A stretch of 64,000 nt of DNA. Origin: Eledone cirrhosa (Eukaryota). Where the stretch lies: the NCBI GenBank assembly GCA_964016885.1, contig OZ024747.1:37510001-37574000 (forward strand). The letters run 5' to 3'. How positions within the stretch are numbered: position 1 is the stretch's first letter; each line of letters starts with the position of its first letter. Below are positions 1-14,466 of the stretch, piece by piece. The translations under genes were made by a program, and so were the position numbers. The notes under the pieces are model-generated. The model was not told the DNA's origin. It did no database searches and saw only the letters and a program-made list of their open reading frames with translations.

Positions 1-549
1 CCTTTCCATTAAATACATCTGACATACTCTCCCTCCAATAACTCTTGCTTCCTGTCCCATTAATTTCTCATTCCTTTCATCCATTTATCTTGGTTTGCTC
101 TCCCCCTCTCTCTCTTTTATTCTCACTCATTGCTTTGAAACAATGGTGACAGCAATGAGTAGTGGGTATATGGGCCAGGATTTTAATTAAAATAGCAAGA
201 GTAAGAGTTCAGCAATCGGACCCCTACACTTTCTAATATATATATATATTATCATCAACATTTAACATCCATTTTCCATGCTAGCATGGGTTGGACAAGT
301 TGTCCTGCTGTGAGACAGGCCAGATCAGATGACCGTCTCTTGCTCATACAAAACTGTTTTGGGCTTGGTTTCTATGGCTGGATGCTCTTCCAAACGCCAA
401 CCACATTTACAGTGTGGACTGGGTACTTTTTGTCATGACACCTACACAACCACTTTACAGTATGGCCTGTAAAGAACCAAAGTTTTAAAATCCATTTTTA
501 ATATCTATGATATATATATATATATATATATATATAATGTAGGAGGTGA

Positions 550-587
<38 letters not shown>

Positions 588-1039
588 AAAAACTTCATCA
601 TATTACCCACTCTACTACCCCAAGTATCGAGTACTCTGGTGAGTAATGGTCTAACTGGCTTTTACCGATTCCATTCTGATATATATATATATAAGCTATG
701 CTTGAAAAGACCCATGCAAGCATACAAAAGCAGATATAAAAGAATGATGATGATGAAATACTTTGGTTGCATTAAGAGTCCCAATAAATGAAAAGATATT
801 ATAAGCTGTTGGGAATCCAAAGATCTAAGATTTTCCATGGCTTCTGCAGACCCAAGTTTTTATTTCATTTATTTTGTATTGCAAACGTCATTGATGTTAT
901 CCACCAGGTCAATCAATGGTTTACTATATTTACAATTACCAAAGTAACAAAGGAGAGTCTGTGAAAGTAAGACAGAACCAATACCACAAGCTAGTTTTGT
1001 TCAAAAGCGTTGGCTTATCAATCTTCTTGACAAAACTTT

Positions 1040-1640
1040 CAAGCACAGACATTGGTAGCACGACTCGAGCACTCCACACTCACATTAAAGAACACCTCAA
1101 CACACACGCATCCTCATTCAAAAAACACATTGACAAATGTAGAAACATCAACCAACATATTACCGTTACCATTAAAGCCAGTGATAGAAATGTGGGCAAC
1201 TTAAGAAGCCTTGCTCATTTGTAGATTCAACCAGCAAATAAATAATAGATTAGAACTCAGCACACAGTACTTAACATAAAAAGACACACCCACAGGCACA
1301 CAAACTAAACATCTCATACAAAAAAGAAAATTGATTTTGCAAAATACTATACTGGCAATCAATCACGTGGAAAGCGAAATAACCAGAAAAAAAACGCTTG
1401 AAAACGACTTAGAAAAAATTTAAATCAAAATCAATATGTTATCCCAAAGAGAGGAAATTGGAACGTTATCCACCGAAGGTTCCTTAAACTCTGATGAAGG
1501 GACTTTTAGGTCCCAAAATATTGGACAGACAAAAGAAGAAGAACAACAAAAAAAACAAAACAAAGATGACAAGGTAACTTACTTTTACTTTTCGTTACCT
1601 CATCTTACAGCCTATTTTGCATTGTGTAGCCTTCTATTTC
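1040..1640 (+). mobile_element. Penelope-like element 3' remnant
   Basis: IGSTTRALHTHIKEH resembles the YIG half of GIY-YIG; degenerate hammerhead CTGATGA-gggac/gtccc at 1491-1518. Confidence 0.65.
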
Positions 1641-2795
1641 TTTGAACGTTAAGAAAACAAATATATAATCTTTATTTTATACTGCTTTAGGAAGCTGTAT
1701 CTATGAAGGCTGAAGTCAACTTTGCCTTTAATCCATTCCAGATCGATAAAAAAGTACCAGTCAAGTACTGGGGTCGATTCTTGCTCTATATCTCTCTTTC
1801 GCTTCTGTTCTCTCACTCTCAATTCTTCTCTGGAAGAAATCTGCTGTATTCAGACCTGGAGAGATGGGCTCTGTCAAATTAAAAAAATTGCCATAGAAAC
1901 ACCAAATGTGAATATGGCACCCCTACGACTCCCTCATGAGTTATGGGACCATGCATGCATCTATGAAGGCTAACTGCAAACACTACTATAGAGACTCATC
2001 GATTTTAGTTTGTTAAATTATTGTGTATATATTTGTATGTTTCATCCATTCAAGGTTAATAAAAAAAGTACTAGTCTAGTACTGGAATCGATTCTTCTTC
2101 TATATCTCTTTCTCACTTCCATTTTCTCATTCTCTATCCTGCTGTATTCAGACCTGGAGAGGAAATGGGCTCCACCAGGTTTTAAAAATGAATGCCCTAG
2201 AAACACTGTATATCAATACAGCACCCTGACTCCCTCAGGCTGATACAAATTACTACTGTAAGAAAACAAAGCCTCTCAGTAGCTTATAAACCATTGTTTG
2301 AGTTTAGCAAAAGGTAGGGGGTATGCTCATCTAGGTTGACTCTACATCCAAATACTAGTTTATAGAATTTATACATTTGACACTTCATATCTTGGTGATT
2401 TACATGTATGATGAAAAGGGAAACAATATATAGTTAGACTTTACAAACTTCAGCAAAGGAATCGAAGAGTATGTCCAGTCTCTAAAAGTCTAAAGTCTGT
2501 CCTGAAGTCTGAAGGCTCATCAGGCTGGTGCATATCCTAGTTTTGTGGCGTTAAGCGACTGAGAGTACAAGACTCTCCATTGAACAGGCCGCATGTCCAT
2601 TGCAGAGTTAAGCCCCCAGCTACTGCTACTACTCATTTTCAGCTGAGTATACTGAAGCAATGTGAAATGAAATGTTTTGCTCAAGAACACAACACACAAA
2701 ATTATGATCATAAGTCCCACAGCCTTAGCCCTAGGCCACATGCCTCCACTTGTGTGAAGTGCATAGTAGAAAAAGATCTATGAGTTAATGGTTAC

Positions 2796-2906
2796 CTGTT
2801 TTTGCCGGTTTTACCAGGTTTTGATTTAGCAAACAAAGATGGATCCACATCTTCTAACTGAAGTCCCTTGGTGCTAAACAGCCGTTGTGCTCTTTGTTCT
2901 AGAGTT
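2796..2906 (-). CDS. SF3A3: SF3A3 coding exon 12; gene continues beyond window start
   Basis: TLEQRAQRLFSTKGLQLEDVDPSLFAKSKPGKTGKN; cag/GTAAC, 111 nt. I did not find the downstream exons, including the zinc finger, in 1-2795. Confidence 0.95.
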
Positions 2907-4527
2907 CTGAAAATATAAAACAAAACATTTCCAAAAGACTTATTACTACAATAAACAATTAACATGTGATAATAAAATCTCTCTCAATAAACCTCCTACA
3001 AGCTACATGTTGTCTTCAAATCTAAACCTTACAACAGTTCCCATAATAATTTCAGCAGTAAAATAAATAATCATTGAAATTCTGTAAAAAAAAACAAAGT
3101 TGTTAAGGATTCGTGCGACCATTGTTTCTCAGTAATATACAGAGAGATTAGAGACTACAGATTAGAGCTATTTTTCTCTAAAAAGAAGTCTAAAGTCTAA
3201 CTCGAGCCCCTTAGCTCATCAGGCTAGTGCTTATCCTGATTCTGTGGCATGGGTTAAACCTCCAGCTATTGCTGGTACTCATCTTCAGCTGAGTATACAG
3301 GAGCAATGTGAAATGAAGTGTTTTGCTCAAGAACACAACACACAACCGAGTCCAAGAATTGAATCCATGACATTACAATCATAATTCCAACACCCTTACC
3401 ACTAGGCTATGCCCCTCCCCAATCAGCAAATAGAATGGTAGCCCATTGCATATAACATTCTCAGAACATCTGGAATATAATCCTATCAACTCAGTAAAAC
3501 AGGATACAAAGAAGGAAGTTTATTACACAATCAGAATGGACAAAGTAAAATGCAAACTTGTAATTGTTTGCGTTAAGACTCAAGTCAGCCCTGGTTGAGG
3601 AGATTTATGATCAAAAGGCATTCCAACAATGACCAGCCAAAGTACACATGGCATACATCATCATCATCGTCACTGTTTTTGCATCCATTTTTCCACGCTT
3701 GCAGGGGTTGGACAGGTCGTTTACAGCACAGCATCGCTCCACTTGCCACGCCCCTTCATCATATCCTCTGTCAGACACAGCAATTCGAGATAACCTCTCA
3801 CCACCCCTGCCCAGGTTTTCCTTGGTTTACCTCTACTGCGGCTTCCTTTTACGGGGATTTCTTGAACCAATGATCAGCATCCATATGCATCACATGTGCA
3901 TACCAATAGTCTTCTCTCCTGCACACCACCTTGGATTCCTCCTAAGCCCAGTACTTTCCCAGAACATCCAAGCTCTGCTTTTCTCTCACATTTACATTGC
4001 ACATCCAATGAAGCATGGTTGCTTCATTTCTTTCCAGTTTACATATATCATAATGGAACTTAATTTTTTTTTAAGGCAGTAGAGTTTTGATTTGAGGAAT
4101 ATTTGGCTGTTGTTTGGCAGCCATTTAGAGAATCCTACATTGGTGGTATGAGCAGCAGTCAAGCACTTCAACCTCACACACTGTGATAATGATTTCTTTT
4201 ACGTCAGCAAAAGTCAATGTTTATAGAGGATAGGGGAATAGCAGAAAAGTAAAATTGATTGAATCAACATTAGAGTTTATTTCTGCAGTTTATTTGAATT
4301 AGTCCACAGAGATGAGAGGCAAAGTCAATGCTAGTAGCAAACCAGTGAGATATATGACTGCTTGACCTATAATAACCCATAGTTCATATTATATACTCTC
4401 TTGGGTATCTTAAAATTCATCTTCTTATTTTGAAAAGAGCCATATATATATAGAGATAGATAAATAGATAGATACACAACCCATGCAAAAACGAATGTAA
4501 AAACAATGATGTTGATATATATATCAA

Positions 4528-7500
4528 CATCATCATCATTTTACGTCCGCTTTTCACTACTTGCAAGAGTGGGACGGGTCTTATTCAGCACAGCATCTCT
4601 CCACTTCTCATGGTCCTTTGTCATCTCCACCGTGAGCTTCAGCAATCTGAGGTCTGTTCTCACCACCTCTGCCCATGTTTTTCATGGTCTACCTCTACCA
4701 CGTCTTCCTTCTTCAACTGGCATGTCCTGGCACTTCTTCACCTATCGATCATCCTCCATGTGCATCATATGTCCATACCACCGCAGTCTCCTCTCTCGTA
4801 CACTACATTCTATCCCTCTCAGACACAGTTTCTTTCTCAACAGATCCATGCTGGGTCATTCGTGCACATTGACATTGCACATCCAACGGAGCATGCTTGC
4901 CTCATTTCTCTCCAGCCGGCGCATATCCTCTGCAGTTGCTGCCCATGTTTCACTACCATGTAGCATCGCGCTCCTCACACAGGCATCATATAACCGGCCT
5001 TTCGTAAAACTTCTTCCAACCCGTCCTTATCCTAGATACTATGGCCTCGGAACCCCCCCCCCCACCTCCCATGCTAATCTGATCACCAGAAACTATCAAC
5101 CACATCTGTAGAACCCGCCTACATTTGAAAAATGTATCTATCAATGCGACTTCTACTGTCTAATTTCCCTGTACATCTACTGCATCTGTATTTCTCCCTA
5201 CCTGTTAGTTTGCCTACTATCCCACTACATCTCTTGCGTACCCAAGATCTGCATTGTGTGCATTTTATAGAATTTATGCCAGTTCCTTTTCTGCATATCG
5301 AACATGGCCATTTCCCTGATGGAATCAGAGTTTTAACCTCTTTTCTACTCATCAACACTTTTGTCTTAGCTAGGTTCACTCTCAGTCCTCTTGATTCCAA
5401 CTGCTGTTTCCACAGCCAAAATTTATTCTCTAGCTCCTCTACTGATTCTGCTATAAGAACCAGATCGTCAGCATAGAGAAGTTCCCATGGACAGCCAGTC
5501 TTAAACTCCTCTGTTATGGTTTGGAAGACTATAATGAACAAGTGCGGGCTGAGGACCCGAACCCTAATGTACTCGTACTTGTATCTGGAATTCCTCACTA
5601 AACTCCATTCCTACCCTCACTTTACTGACAGCACCTCTGTACAAAGTTTGCACTGTCCTCACAAGCCATTCAACACTTAGTTTCCTTAGGGTCCACCAGA
5701 TGCCAGATCAGAGTACCCTATCAAAGGCCTTCTCTAGGTCAACAAAGGCTAAGTATAGTGGCTTATTCTTCTCTAAGAACCTCTCTTGTAATTGTCTCAC
5801 CAAGAAGAGGGCATCTGATGTACTTTTCCCAGGCACAAAAACAAACTGTATCTCATCTAGTTTGACTCTTTCTCTAATTAGTTGTGCTAATATCCGTCTA
5901 ACCCATGCTCGCATGGAAGAACGGACGTAAAACGGTGATGATGATGATGAATATCCATTCTGCCACTTTCATAACCTGATCCATCAGTTTTATACCCCTA
6001 TAATTGCCCCTCTCCAGAGCATCCCCTTTACCTTTGTAGTAATTTATGAGAATACTGCTGCACCAGTCTTTGGGTATGACACCGCCATATATAGCCTGAT
6101 TGATGATGCGTGCAACCAGTTTAGTGCCTACGTCCTCTGATGCCTTCAGCATCTCAGCAACTATCCCCGACGGTCCAGTGGCCTTACCATTTTTCATTTC
6201 CTTAATCGCCTATTGGACCCTATATTCGTCAATCTCAATAGCTGGTCCCTCTGTCGGATCTACTGAGGGTAATTTCTCTCTCTCCCACTCGTTCTCCACA
6301 TTCATCAGTCTCTCATAATGACATTTCCAGGCCTCCTTTTTCTGATCATTCGTGACACTTAGTACACCGGCATCATTCCAGACACATTTATCTCCAACAA
6401 CATCCTGATTTGGACTGACACATTCCCTTGCAATGTGGAACACCGCACGTCTCTGATCTTCCGTCGCAGAACGCTGGCAAACCTCCTACTCTTAGCCTCC
6501 TTGTGTGCTAAGTACATCTGACGTCTAGCTTCTCTCTTAGCGGTTGTATATCCTTCTCTACTCCCACCCTTTTTCCAAGCCTTCCATGCTAGTCTTTTGT
6601 CTCTAATGGCCCTATCTACCATGCTGTTCCACCACCAGGTCACTCTCTGTCTGGTTGGATCTCTGCCTCAGCCAGAAGTTTCATCAGTAGCCTGCAGTAT
6701 GTTGTCACATAAGAAATTCCAGTTTTCATCTATGTCATACGACTCGAAATCGTCTTCTTTTTCGTCATACACATCTTGAAGGGCTTTCCTATATTTGTAT
6801 TTTAGTGAAAGGTCTTTTAGCTTCCAGACCTTTCTTCTCCACACCTTCCTGTATGTCTCATTCCATCTCTTGCTTACCGAAATATCACTAACGACTAACC
6901 TATCCTGTGAGGTACATTCTTCCCCAGGATATGCCTTGGTATTTGACACCATCTGCCTGTCCCGCTGCCAAACTAGTAACAAGTCAATCTGGCTTATGTG
7001 CTCGCCTGATTTGTAGGTTATTAGGTGGCTGGCAGGTTTCTGGAAGTTAGTGTTGCAAATGGTCAATGTACTTGCATCACAAAATTCAAGAAGTCTCACC
7101 CCTTCCTCATTTCTTGATCCGTAACCATGCCCACCATGTACTCCAGTGTAACCATCCTGGTTCTGTCCAACATGACCATCGAAGTCCCCTGCTAGCATAA
7201 CGATGTCTCTGTCGTCTGTCATTGCGGCTGTTTGTAAAAGTTGCTCGTAAAAGCAGTCTTTCTCTTCTTTACCTAGGCCTGCTTGGGGAGTAGGCCGAGA
7301 TGATTGTCAGTAGTCTCCTGCCTACAACTAATCTAAGCTTAATTATTCAATTACTAACTCAAACTACCTCTATTGTCTTATTGATCCATCTCTCAGCCAG
7401 GAAAATGCCTACTCCCCCTAACCGATCATCCTTACCTACCCAGAAAAGCTTATAACTAAGATGTTTGCCTGCGACTAGTCTCACAGAGGCACCTCTCCAT

Positions 7501-7930
7501 CTCACCTCTTGCACGCAGCACACATGCCATCTCTCCAGCATCTCCGCTATTTCACCAGATCTACCTGTTAGAGTACCAACATTAAGTGTTGCAACTCTGA
7601 GATGCGCCGTCTTCATATTTTTATTGTTCCTTTTCCTGTAGTGCGATTGCTTGAAGACGGTCGGGGGATTCTCGCACATGGCCGCACCAGCCACCCCACT
7701 ACCGTGCACAGCCCTAACATGATTAGTGCTATTGCTGTTTACGCAGTTATTGCGATATATATTTGTTGTTGTGCTCATAATTGTTTTGCCATTAATACAC
7801 TGGTTGGATGCCTTTCCTAACACCAGTGCCACTTTACAGCATGGACTGGGTGCTTTTATACGTGCCACCAGCACTAGAGAGGATGTCTTACTGGACTCAT
7901 GAGCCCTCTCTACCCCTCCATTTTACAGCA
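4528..7930 (-). mobile_element. Decayed near-full-length RTE LINE (family B)
   Basis: Frameshifted APE (TLNVGTL, AGDFDGHVG), RT (FVDLEKAFD, YADD) and PHD pieces; (TGA)n tail. Confidence 0.92.
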
Positions 7931-8869
7931 TAATAATAACAATAATAATAACACTATTAATAATTATCAATTAATGCTATCGTGCAATGTCTGTGTATGA
8001 AGAATATTTTTAAAGTGAGAAAGGACTGTGCACTGAGCCAATCCCACTCCCTGAGCGACAGTAGCTATAACCTGAAAAGAAGAAAAGATCAACATCATCG
8101 GTAACTACTGAGCCGCAGGTTTTATATCGGAGTTAACCCAGTTTCCTGAGATGCCTTCTAGAAGAATGCCCTGACAAGGGCTAGGAGTACTTCACTCCCA
8201 GTGGTTTAACTGCGCGATCGGGTATCCAGCCCAATTATTTCTATGTCCCCGCACATGAAAAAATACAAAAAAAAACTCACTTATTGACACTTATACGTAT
8301 GACACACACACACACACACCAACACTCATGCATACAAACTCACACTCACTCACACGGCAACACTCATGCATACAAACACACACACATATATTACCGTCAT
8401 TACTGATACAAGATCATGTCAACTGTTGAAGGAGCTCATATAATTGAAGCCGAGTGTTACAGTTCAGTATTATTATAATAATTGTTTGTTTTACAGCATA
8501 GAGCTATGGCCCTCCACACTCCGGGTCCAAAACAAGGCACCATCAATGCGCTGGGACAATCGCTGCCCCGTGACAAGAACAGAATAATTACTATTATTAT
8601 AGTTGTTGTTTACTTCTTAAGGCCTGATCGATGGTGATGGTGGTGGCAGGTGATTTTGTTGTTCGCAATTTTCAACTGCTAATTTTATGCAAATTTTTTT
8701 TACTTACGTTGTCACTCTTGTCTTCATAAAAACAGTGACTATATTTCCATTATTTATTTTCAGAATAATTGATTATGAATAATTTTGAACCTCCAAATTT
8801 ATGGAAGAGACATGGAGTTCTTCTTGGAATCCACACCAGGAGGACAAATAAGGAAATTTCAGACTTTCT

Positions 8870-9400
8870 CAGCGTCAGCAGGTGAATGGTGTCTCATCCA
8901 AAGACGTGCCCAGAGTCATGCAGACAAAGTTTCCAGCGACAACATTGGTCTTAGGTGTCGTCAGCAGTCAAGGTGACGTCATGCTACCTCACTTCTTCCC
9001 TGAGGGCCTCAAGCTGAACACCGATGGCTACATCCGCACTCTGAGCGAGGTAGTAAAGCCCTGGATCAACCAGGTAGCTGTGGTAGGCCATACGTGTGGC
9101 AGCAAGACTCAGCGCTCTGCCATACCAGCCGAAAGACCCAAGCCTGGCTGTCAGAGAACTTCGTCAACCACACTTCACCTGACATCTGGCCTCCCAGCTC
9201 GCCTGACTGCAACCCCCTCGACTTCTTTGTGTGGGGCGCAGTGGAACGAGACACCAACAGATCTAGCTGCAATACGAAAGACGATCTGAAGGCCAGGATC
9301 ACAAGTGCCTTTCGGGCCTCAGTTGGGGGACAGTGTAGCCGGTTCCGAGGTCGCCTTGAGGCCGTCATCAAAGCCACTGGTGGGTTTATCGAGTGAGATC
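8870..9400 (+). mobile_element. Tc1/mariner DD37D (maT/mori-type) transposase fragment
   Basis: WQQDSA...WPPSSPDCNPLDFFVWG with 37 residues between the 2nd and 3rd catalytic D; frameshifted. Confidence 0.88.
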
Positions 9401-9776
9401 GAAAGAACAAGTCATGAAGACAAACTGACCCAATTTTGATAAATAAATCTTAAAAAATAAAACTACTGTGTTATTTTTTCCTAGACAGTAATCTTGCGAA
9501 CAAATATCGTCCGCATTTATGGCCATTGTGCAATGGGGGGCAAGTACATGTAAAATGTAAAATTTAAATAGAGATTGCTCTGGAAAAATATATGGAATAT
9601 TTCTGAAGCCTCCCCAGCTTTTGTCAGAACATGTCCCCGGAGTCCAATGAGCAAAAATTTTGTTGTATAATTGATCTTTCAGAATACGATAATTAATCAA
9701 AACTTACCCTCCACGAAAAAACAGTGTGTGTTGTCCGATCTATAAGCTCCCTTATATATATATTTATATATATATA

Positions 9777-11740
9777 TCATCATCATTTTACGTCCACTTT
9801 TCCCTGCTTGCAAGGGTGGGACGAGTCTTATTCAGCACAGCATCTCTCCACTTGTCACGGTCCTTCGACATCTCCACCGTGAGCTTCAGTGATCTGAGGT
9901 CTGTCTCACCACCTCTGCCCATGTTTTTTGTGGTCTACCTCTCGCATGTCTTCCTTCAACTGGCATTTCATGGCACTTTTCACCCATCGGTCATCCTCCA
10001 TGCACATCACATGTCCATGCCACCTCAGTCTCCTCTCTTGCACACTACATACTATCCCTCACAGACACAGTTTCTCTCTCAACACATACATGCTGGGTCG
10101 TTCGTGCACATTGACATTGCACATCCAACGGAGCATGCTTGCCTCAATTTTCTCCAGCCGTCGCACATCCTCTGCAGTTGCTGCCCATGCCTCACTACCA
10201 TGCAGCATCGCGCTCCTCACACAGGCATCATATAACCGGCCTTTTGTACGCAGAGAGAAACTCTTCTTCGTCAGCAGAGGAAGCAGCTCCCTACACTTCT
10301 TCTAACCCGTCCTTATTCTAGATAGTATGGCCTCCCATGTTAATCTGATCTCCTAGGTACCGGAGATTACATTTGAAAAATGTGTCTATCAATGTCTAAT
10401 TTCCTTGTACATCTACTACATACGTATTTCTCCCTACCTGTTAGTTTGCCTGCTATCCCACTACATCTCTTGTGTACCCAAGATCTGCATTGTGTGCATT
10501 TTATAGAATTTATACCAGTTCCTTTTCTGCATATCGAACATGGCCATTTCCCTGATGGAATCAGAGTTTTAACCTCTTTTCTACTCATCAACACTTTTGT
10601 CTTAGCTAGGTTCACTCTCAGTCCTCTTGATTCCAACTGCTGTTTCCACAGCCAAAATTTATTCTCTAGCTCCTCTACTGATTCTGCTATAAGAACCAGA
10701 TCGTCAGCATAGAGAAGTTCCCATGGACAGGCAGTCTTAAACTCCTCTGTTATGGCTTGGGGGACTATAATGAACATGTGCGGGCTCAGGACCGAACCCT
10801 GATGTACTCCTACTTGTATCTGGAATTCCTCACTAAACTCCATTCCTACCCTCACTTTACTGACAGCACTTCTGTACAAAGTTTGCACTGTCCTCACAAG
10901 CCATTCCTCAACACCTAGTAAGAAGTCAATCTGGCTTATGTGTTCGCCTGATTTGTAGGCTATTAGGTGGTTGGCAGGTTTCTGGAAGTTAGTGTTACCA
11001 ATGATCAGTGTACTTGCATCACAAAATTCAAGAAGTCTCACCCCTTCCTCATTTCTTGATCCGTAACCATGCCCACCATGTACCCCAGTGTAACCATCCT
11101 GGTTCTGTCCAATATGACCATTGAAGTCCCCTGCTAGCATAACGATGTCTCTGTCGTCTGTCATTGCGGCTGTTTGTAAAAGTTGCTCGTAAAAGCAGTC
11201 TTTCTCTTCTTTACCTAGGCCTGCTTGGGGAGCATAGGCAGAGATGATTGTCAGTAATCTCCTGCCTACAACTAATCTAAGCTTAATTATTCAATTACTA
11301 ACTCGAACTACCTCTATTGTCTTATTGATGCGTCTCTCAGCCAGGAAAATGCCTACTCCCCCTAACCCATCATCCTTACCTACCAAGAAAAGCTTATAAC
11401 TAAGATGTTTGCCTGCGACTACTCTCGCAGAAGCACCTCTCCATCTCACGTCTTGCACGCAGCACACATGCCTTCTCTCCAGCATCTCCGCTATTTCACC
11501 AGATCTACCTGTAAGAGTGCCAACATTAAGTGTTGCAACTCTGAGATGCGACATCTTCATATTTTGTTGTTGTTCCTATTTGTTGCTGTGCTGATAAGCG
11601 TTTTGGCATTGATACACTGGTTGGATGCCCTTCCTAACACCAGCGCCACTTTACAACATGGACTGGGTGCTTTTATTTGTGACACCAGCACTAGAGAGGA
11701 TGTCTTACTGGGCCCTCTCTACCCCTCCATTTTACAGCAT
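9777..11740 (-). mobile_element. RTE family B copy with internal deletion
   Basis: Co-linear with 4528-7930 but lacks about 1.3 kb between APE and RT. Confidence 0.9.
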
Positions 11741-12386
11741 CATAAAAAAAAAAAAACACCACTTATTGACACTCACGGCACACACACACCAACACTCATG
11801 CATACAAACACACACGCCACTCACACCAACACTCATGCATACAAACACACATACACACACACACATAAAAATTACCATCAGTACTGATACAAACTGACGT
11901 CAACTGTTGACTTTTCCAGTTCAGTTGTTATATAATAATAATAATTGTTTGCTTTACAGCATAGAGCAACAGCCCTCCACTCTCCGGGCCCTAAAAACAA
12001 GGCACCAGCAATGCGCTGCCCCATGCCAAGAACAGAATAGTTATTTAGTATTATAGTTGGTTTTTTTTAACGCCTGATCGCTGGTGATGGTGATGGTGGT
12101 GAAGGGGGGTGGATGGTGTGAGTGATGGTGGTGGCAGTTGTTGTTGTTGTTGCTGTCATTGTTGTTGTTCATTTCACTGATGCTGCTGCTGCACACAATG
12201 GTGTTGTTGTTGTTGTAGTCGCTGGGTTGAAATTTTGAAATTTGTTTGCTTCGCGTGTGTGATACATACACATATATATATACATACATACACACACATT
12301 CAACACAGACAATGGTGTTGTTGCTGTTGTTGTTGCTGCTGTGTTGAAATCTGGTCGCATCAACCGAGATACATATATATATACAC

Positions 12387-12441
<55 letters not shown>

Positions 12442-12808
12442 TTCAACAAAGGAGTTAGGTGTTTGGCAACAGGTCAGACATCTTAGTGTAGATAGGGTAA
12501 TGACTTATGTGGTGGTGGTGGGCAGCGAGATGTATCAAGTTCATAATTGACTTGTCTCTTTTCCTCTCTTTTCAAAATTTGAATTTATGCCCATTTCGCA
12601 ATGGGGGACAAGTAAGCGTAGAATGTAAAATTTAAATAGAGATTGCTCTGGGGAAATATATTGAATATTTCTGTAGCTTCCACAGCTTTTGTCAGAACAT
12701 TTCCCTGGAGTCCAATGAGCAAAACTGTTGTTGTATTTTGATCTTTCAGAATACGATAATTAATAAAAACTTGCCCCCACGAAAAACACTGTGTTGTCCT
12801 ATCTATGA

Positions 12809-12854
<46 letters not shown>

Positions 12855-12856
<2 letters not shown>

Positions 12857-13416
12857 TCATCATCATCATTTAACGTCCGTGTTCCATGCTTGCATGGGTT
12901 TGGACGGAGGGTTTTCCCACTTGAGGCAAGAGTGGTTATCTTGCTCGCATAGGACTATCTGGCGGGTTTTCTACAGCTGGATGCCCTTCCTAACACCAAC
13001 CACATTTACAGTGTGGGGCTGGGAGGTTTTTACCGTGTTGCCTACACGGCCACATTACAGCGTGAACTGTGTGTTTTTTTGACGTGACACCTACACGATC
13101 TCATTTGTTTCGGCCTGGATGTTGTGGCACCAACATAACTTTACATTGAAAGGGGCGGTGTGGATGGGGTGGGGGTGGTGGGACGGGGGTGTATTTTGTT
13201 AGAGATGCCTACTGACTGTAGTAGGTTTTACTTTGTATTTAGGTAAGGCGGGTCTTCTCTATTACTGAGTACCGCCAAAGGTCTCGGTCCAGTGACATTG
13301 TCTTGGTGAGGTGTAAGTGTGTGAGGTCGGAATTTATCAGCTCGTCCCAGGTTTTTCTGGGTCTGCCTATTCCGTGGCTACCGTCTATCTTTATTGCCCT
13401 GCACTTTGTTATACAG

Positions 13417-13420
<4 letters not shown>
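12855..13420 (-). mobile_element. 5'-truncated young copy of RTE family A
   Basis: Near-identical to 28600-29160, flanked by (TA)n on both sides. Confidence 0.92.
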
Positions 13421-13486
<66 letters not shown>

Positions 13487-13489
<3 letters not shown>

Positions 13490-13788
13490 TTAGTGGTTAG
13501 AGCATTGGCTTTGCAATCGAAAGGTTGTGAGTTCAATTCACAGACCGGGTGATGTGTTGTTTCCTTGAGCAAGACACTTTATTTCACATTGCTCCAGTTT
13601 ACTCAGCTGTAAAAATGAGATGATAGGACTGGGGTCCCTATCATTCCACTGCAAAAAATCACTCAGCACTCACTGTTAATGAGGTTGGTGTTACGAAGGG
13701 GATCCAGCTGTAGAAATCAAGCCAGAATCAGTTCCCGTCCCACCCTTGCAAGCAGGGAAAAGCGGATGTATGATGATGATGATGATGA
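13487..13788 (+). mobile_element. tRNA-head/CORE-like SINE with RTE-type tail
   Basis: A box GGCTTAGTGG, B box GAGTTCAATTC, CCTTGAGCAAGACACTT core, (TGA)n tail. Related copies at about 17125-17505(-), 21130-21370(-), 21500-21710(-), 36630-36970(-). Confidence 0.85.
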
Positions 13789-14293
13789 TATATATATATC
13801 TTATTTTCAGAAATACTATATAGCTAAGAGTATTAACCAACGTATTTAGCTATTGTGTGAATTGGAGGTTTTTGCTGCTATTCTTAGCAGGTCAAGCAAC
13901 TATGCAGAGGCTACTTCATTGGTTCAATTGTAGATTTGTTCATATTCATTGTTTATATATGACCTTTATGAATTTCAAGTTCTTTATGTCATTTGGTAGG
14001 TCTCAATAACTTCTCGGGCACATCTGGACACATGGATCTTCAACAGATGTAACATGTACAGAAGTAGGTAATACCTATGAAATGAAGAGCATGAACTGAC
14101 AAGTCTGTCGCTCTGATTAAGTAATGATTTGGTCTGGGACAATGCATCCAATCATTGCCAGCTGGGGGAGCTGACATTAATGCTGAAGATGCTGAGTTAA
14201 CAGAAACTCTCAACTATGCCTAATTTGGTACCAGTTATTACATCAGGAAACAGTAAAAGAAAACAAGTGGTGTGAGGGAACTACAATGAGATA

Positions 14294-14466
14294 TGAGGGT
14301 CGGCTGAAAAGTTCATAGGCTGACCAAGATACTTTCACAGAATGACCAAATGAGGTTAATTTTTCAACATAGTCCCAAAGAAGAGTTGAAATTAATGCAT
14401 GCAAGATTTCACAACTCTAGCATCCCTCCTTCATAGTCAGCCTATGAACTTTTTAGACAACCCTCA
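14294..14466. mobile_element. Mariner-type MITE
   Basis: 31-bp terminal inverted repeats (28/31 match) TGAGGGTCGGCTGAAAAGTTCATAGGCTGAC; TA at the left flank. Confidence 0.8.

Noticed and set aside
1491-1520. Hammerhead motif as an active ribozyme
   Set aside because: The essential GAAA reads AAAA, so it is probably inactive.
12041-12550. ORFs rich in YI/CV/N repeats (also 45595, 48941, 49931)
   Set aside because: They are translations of (TA)n, (CA)n and (GA)n microsatellites.
13487-13548. tRNA-like sequence
   Set aside because: It is a SINE head: degenerate cloverleaf continuing into a CORE-like body, with many dispersed copies.
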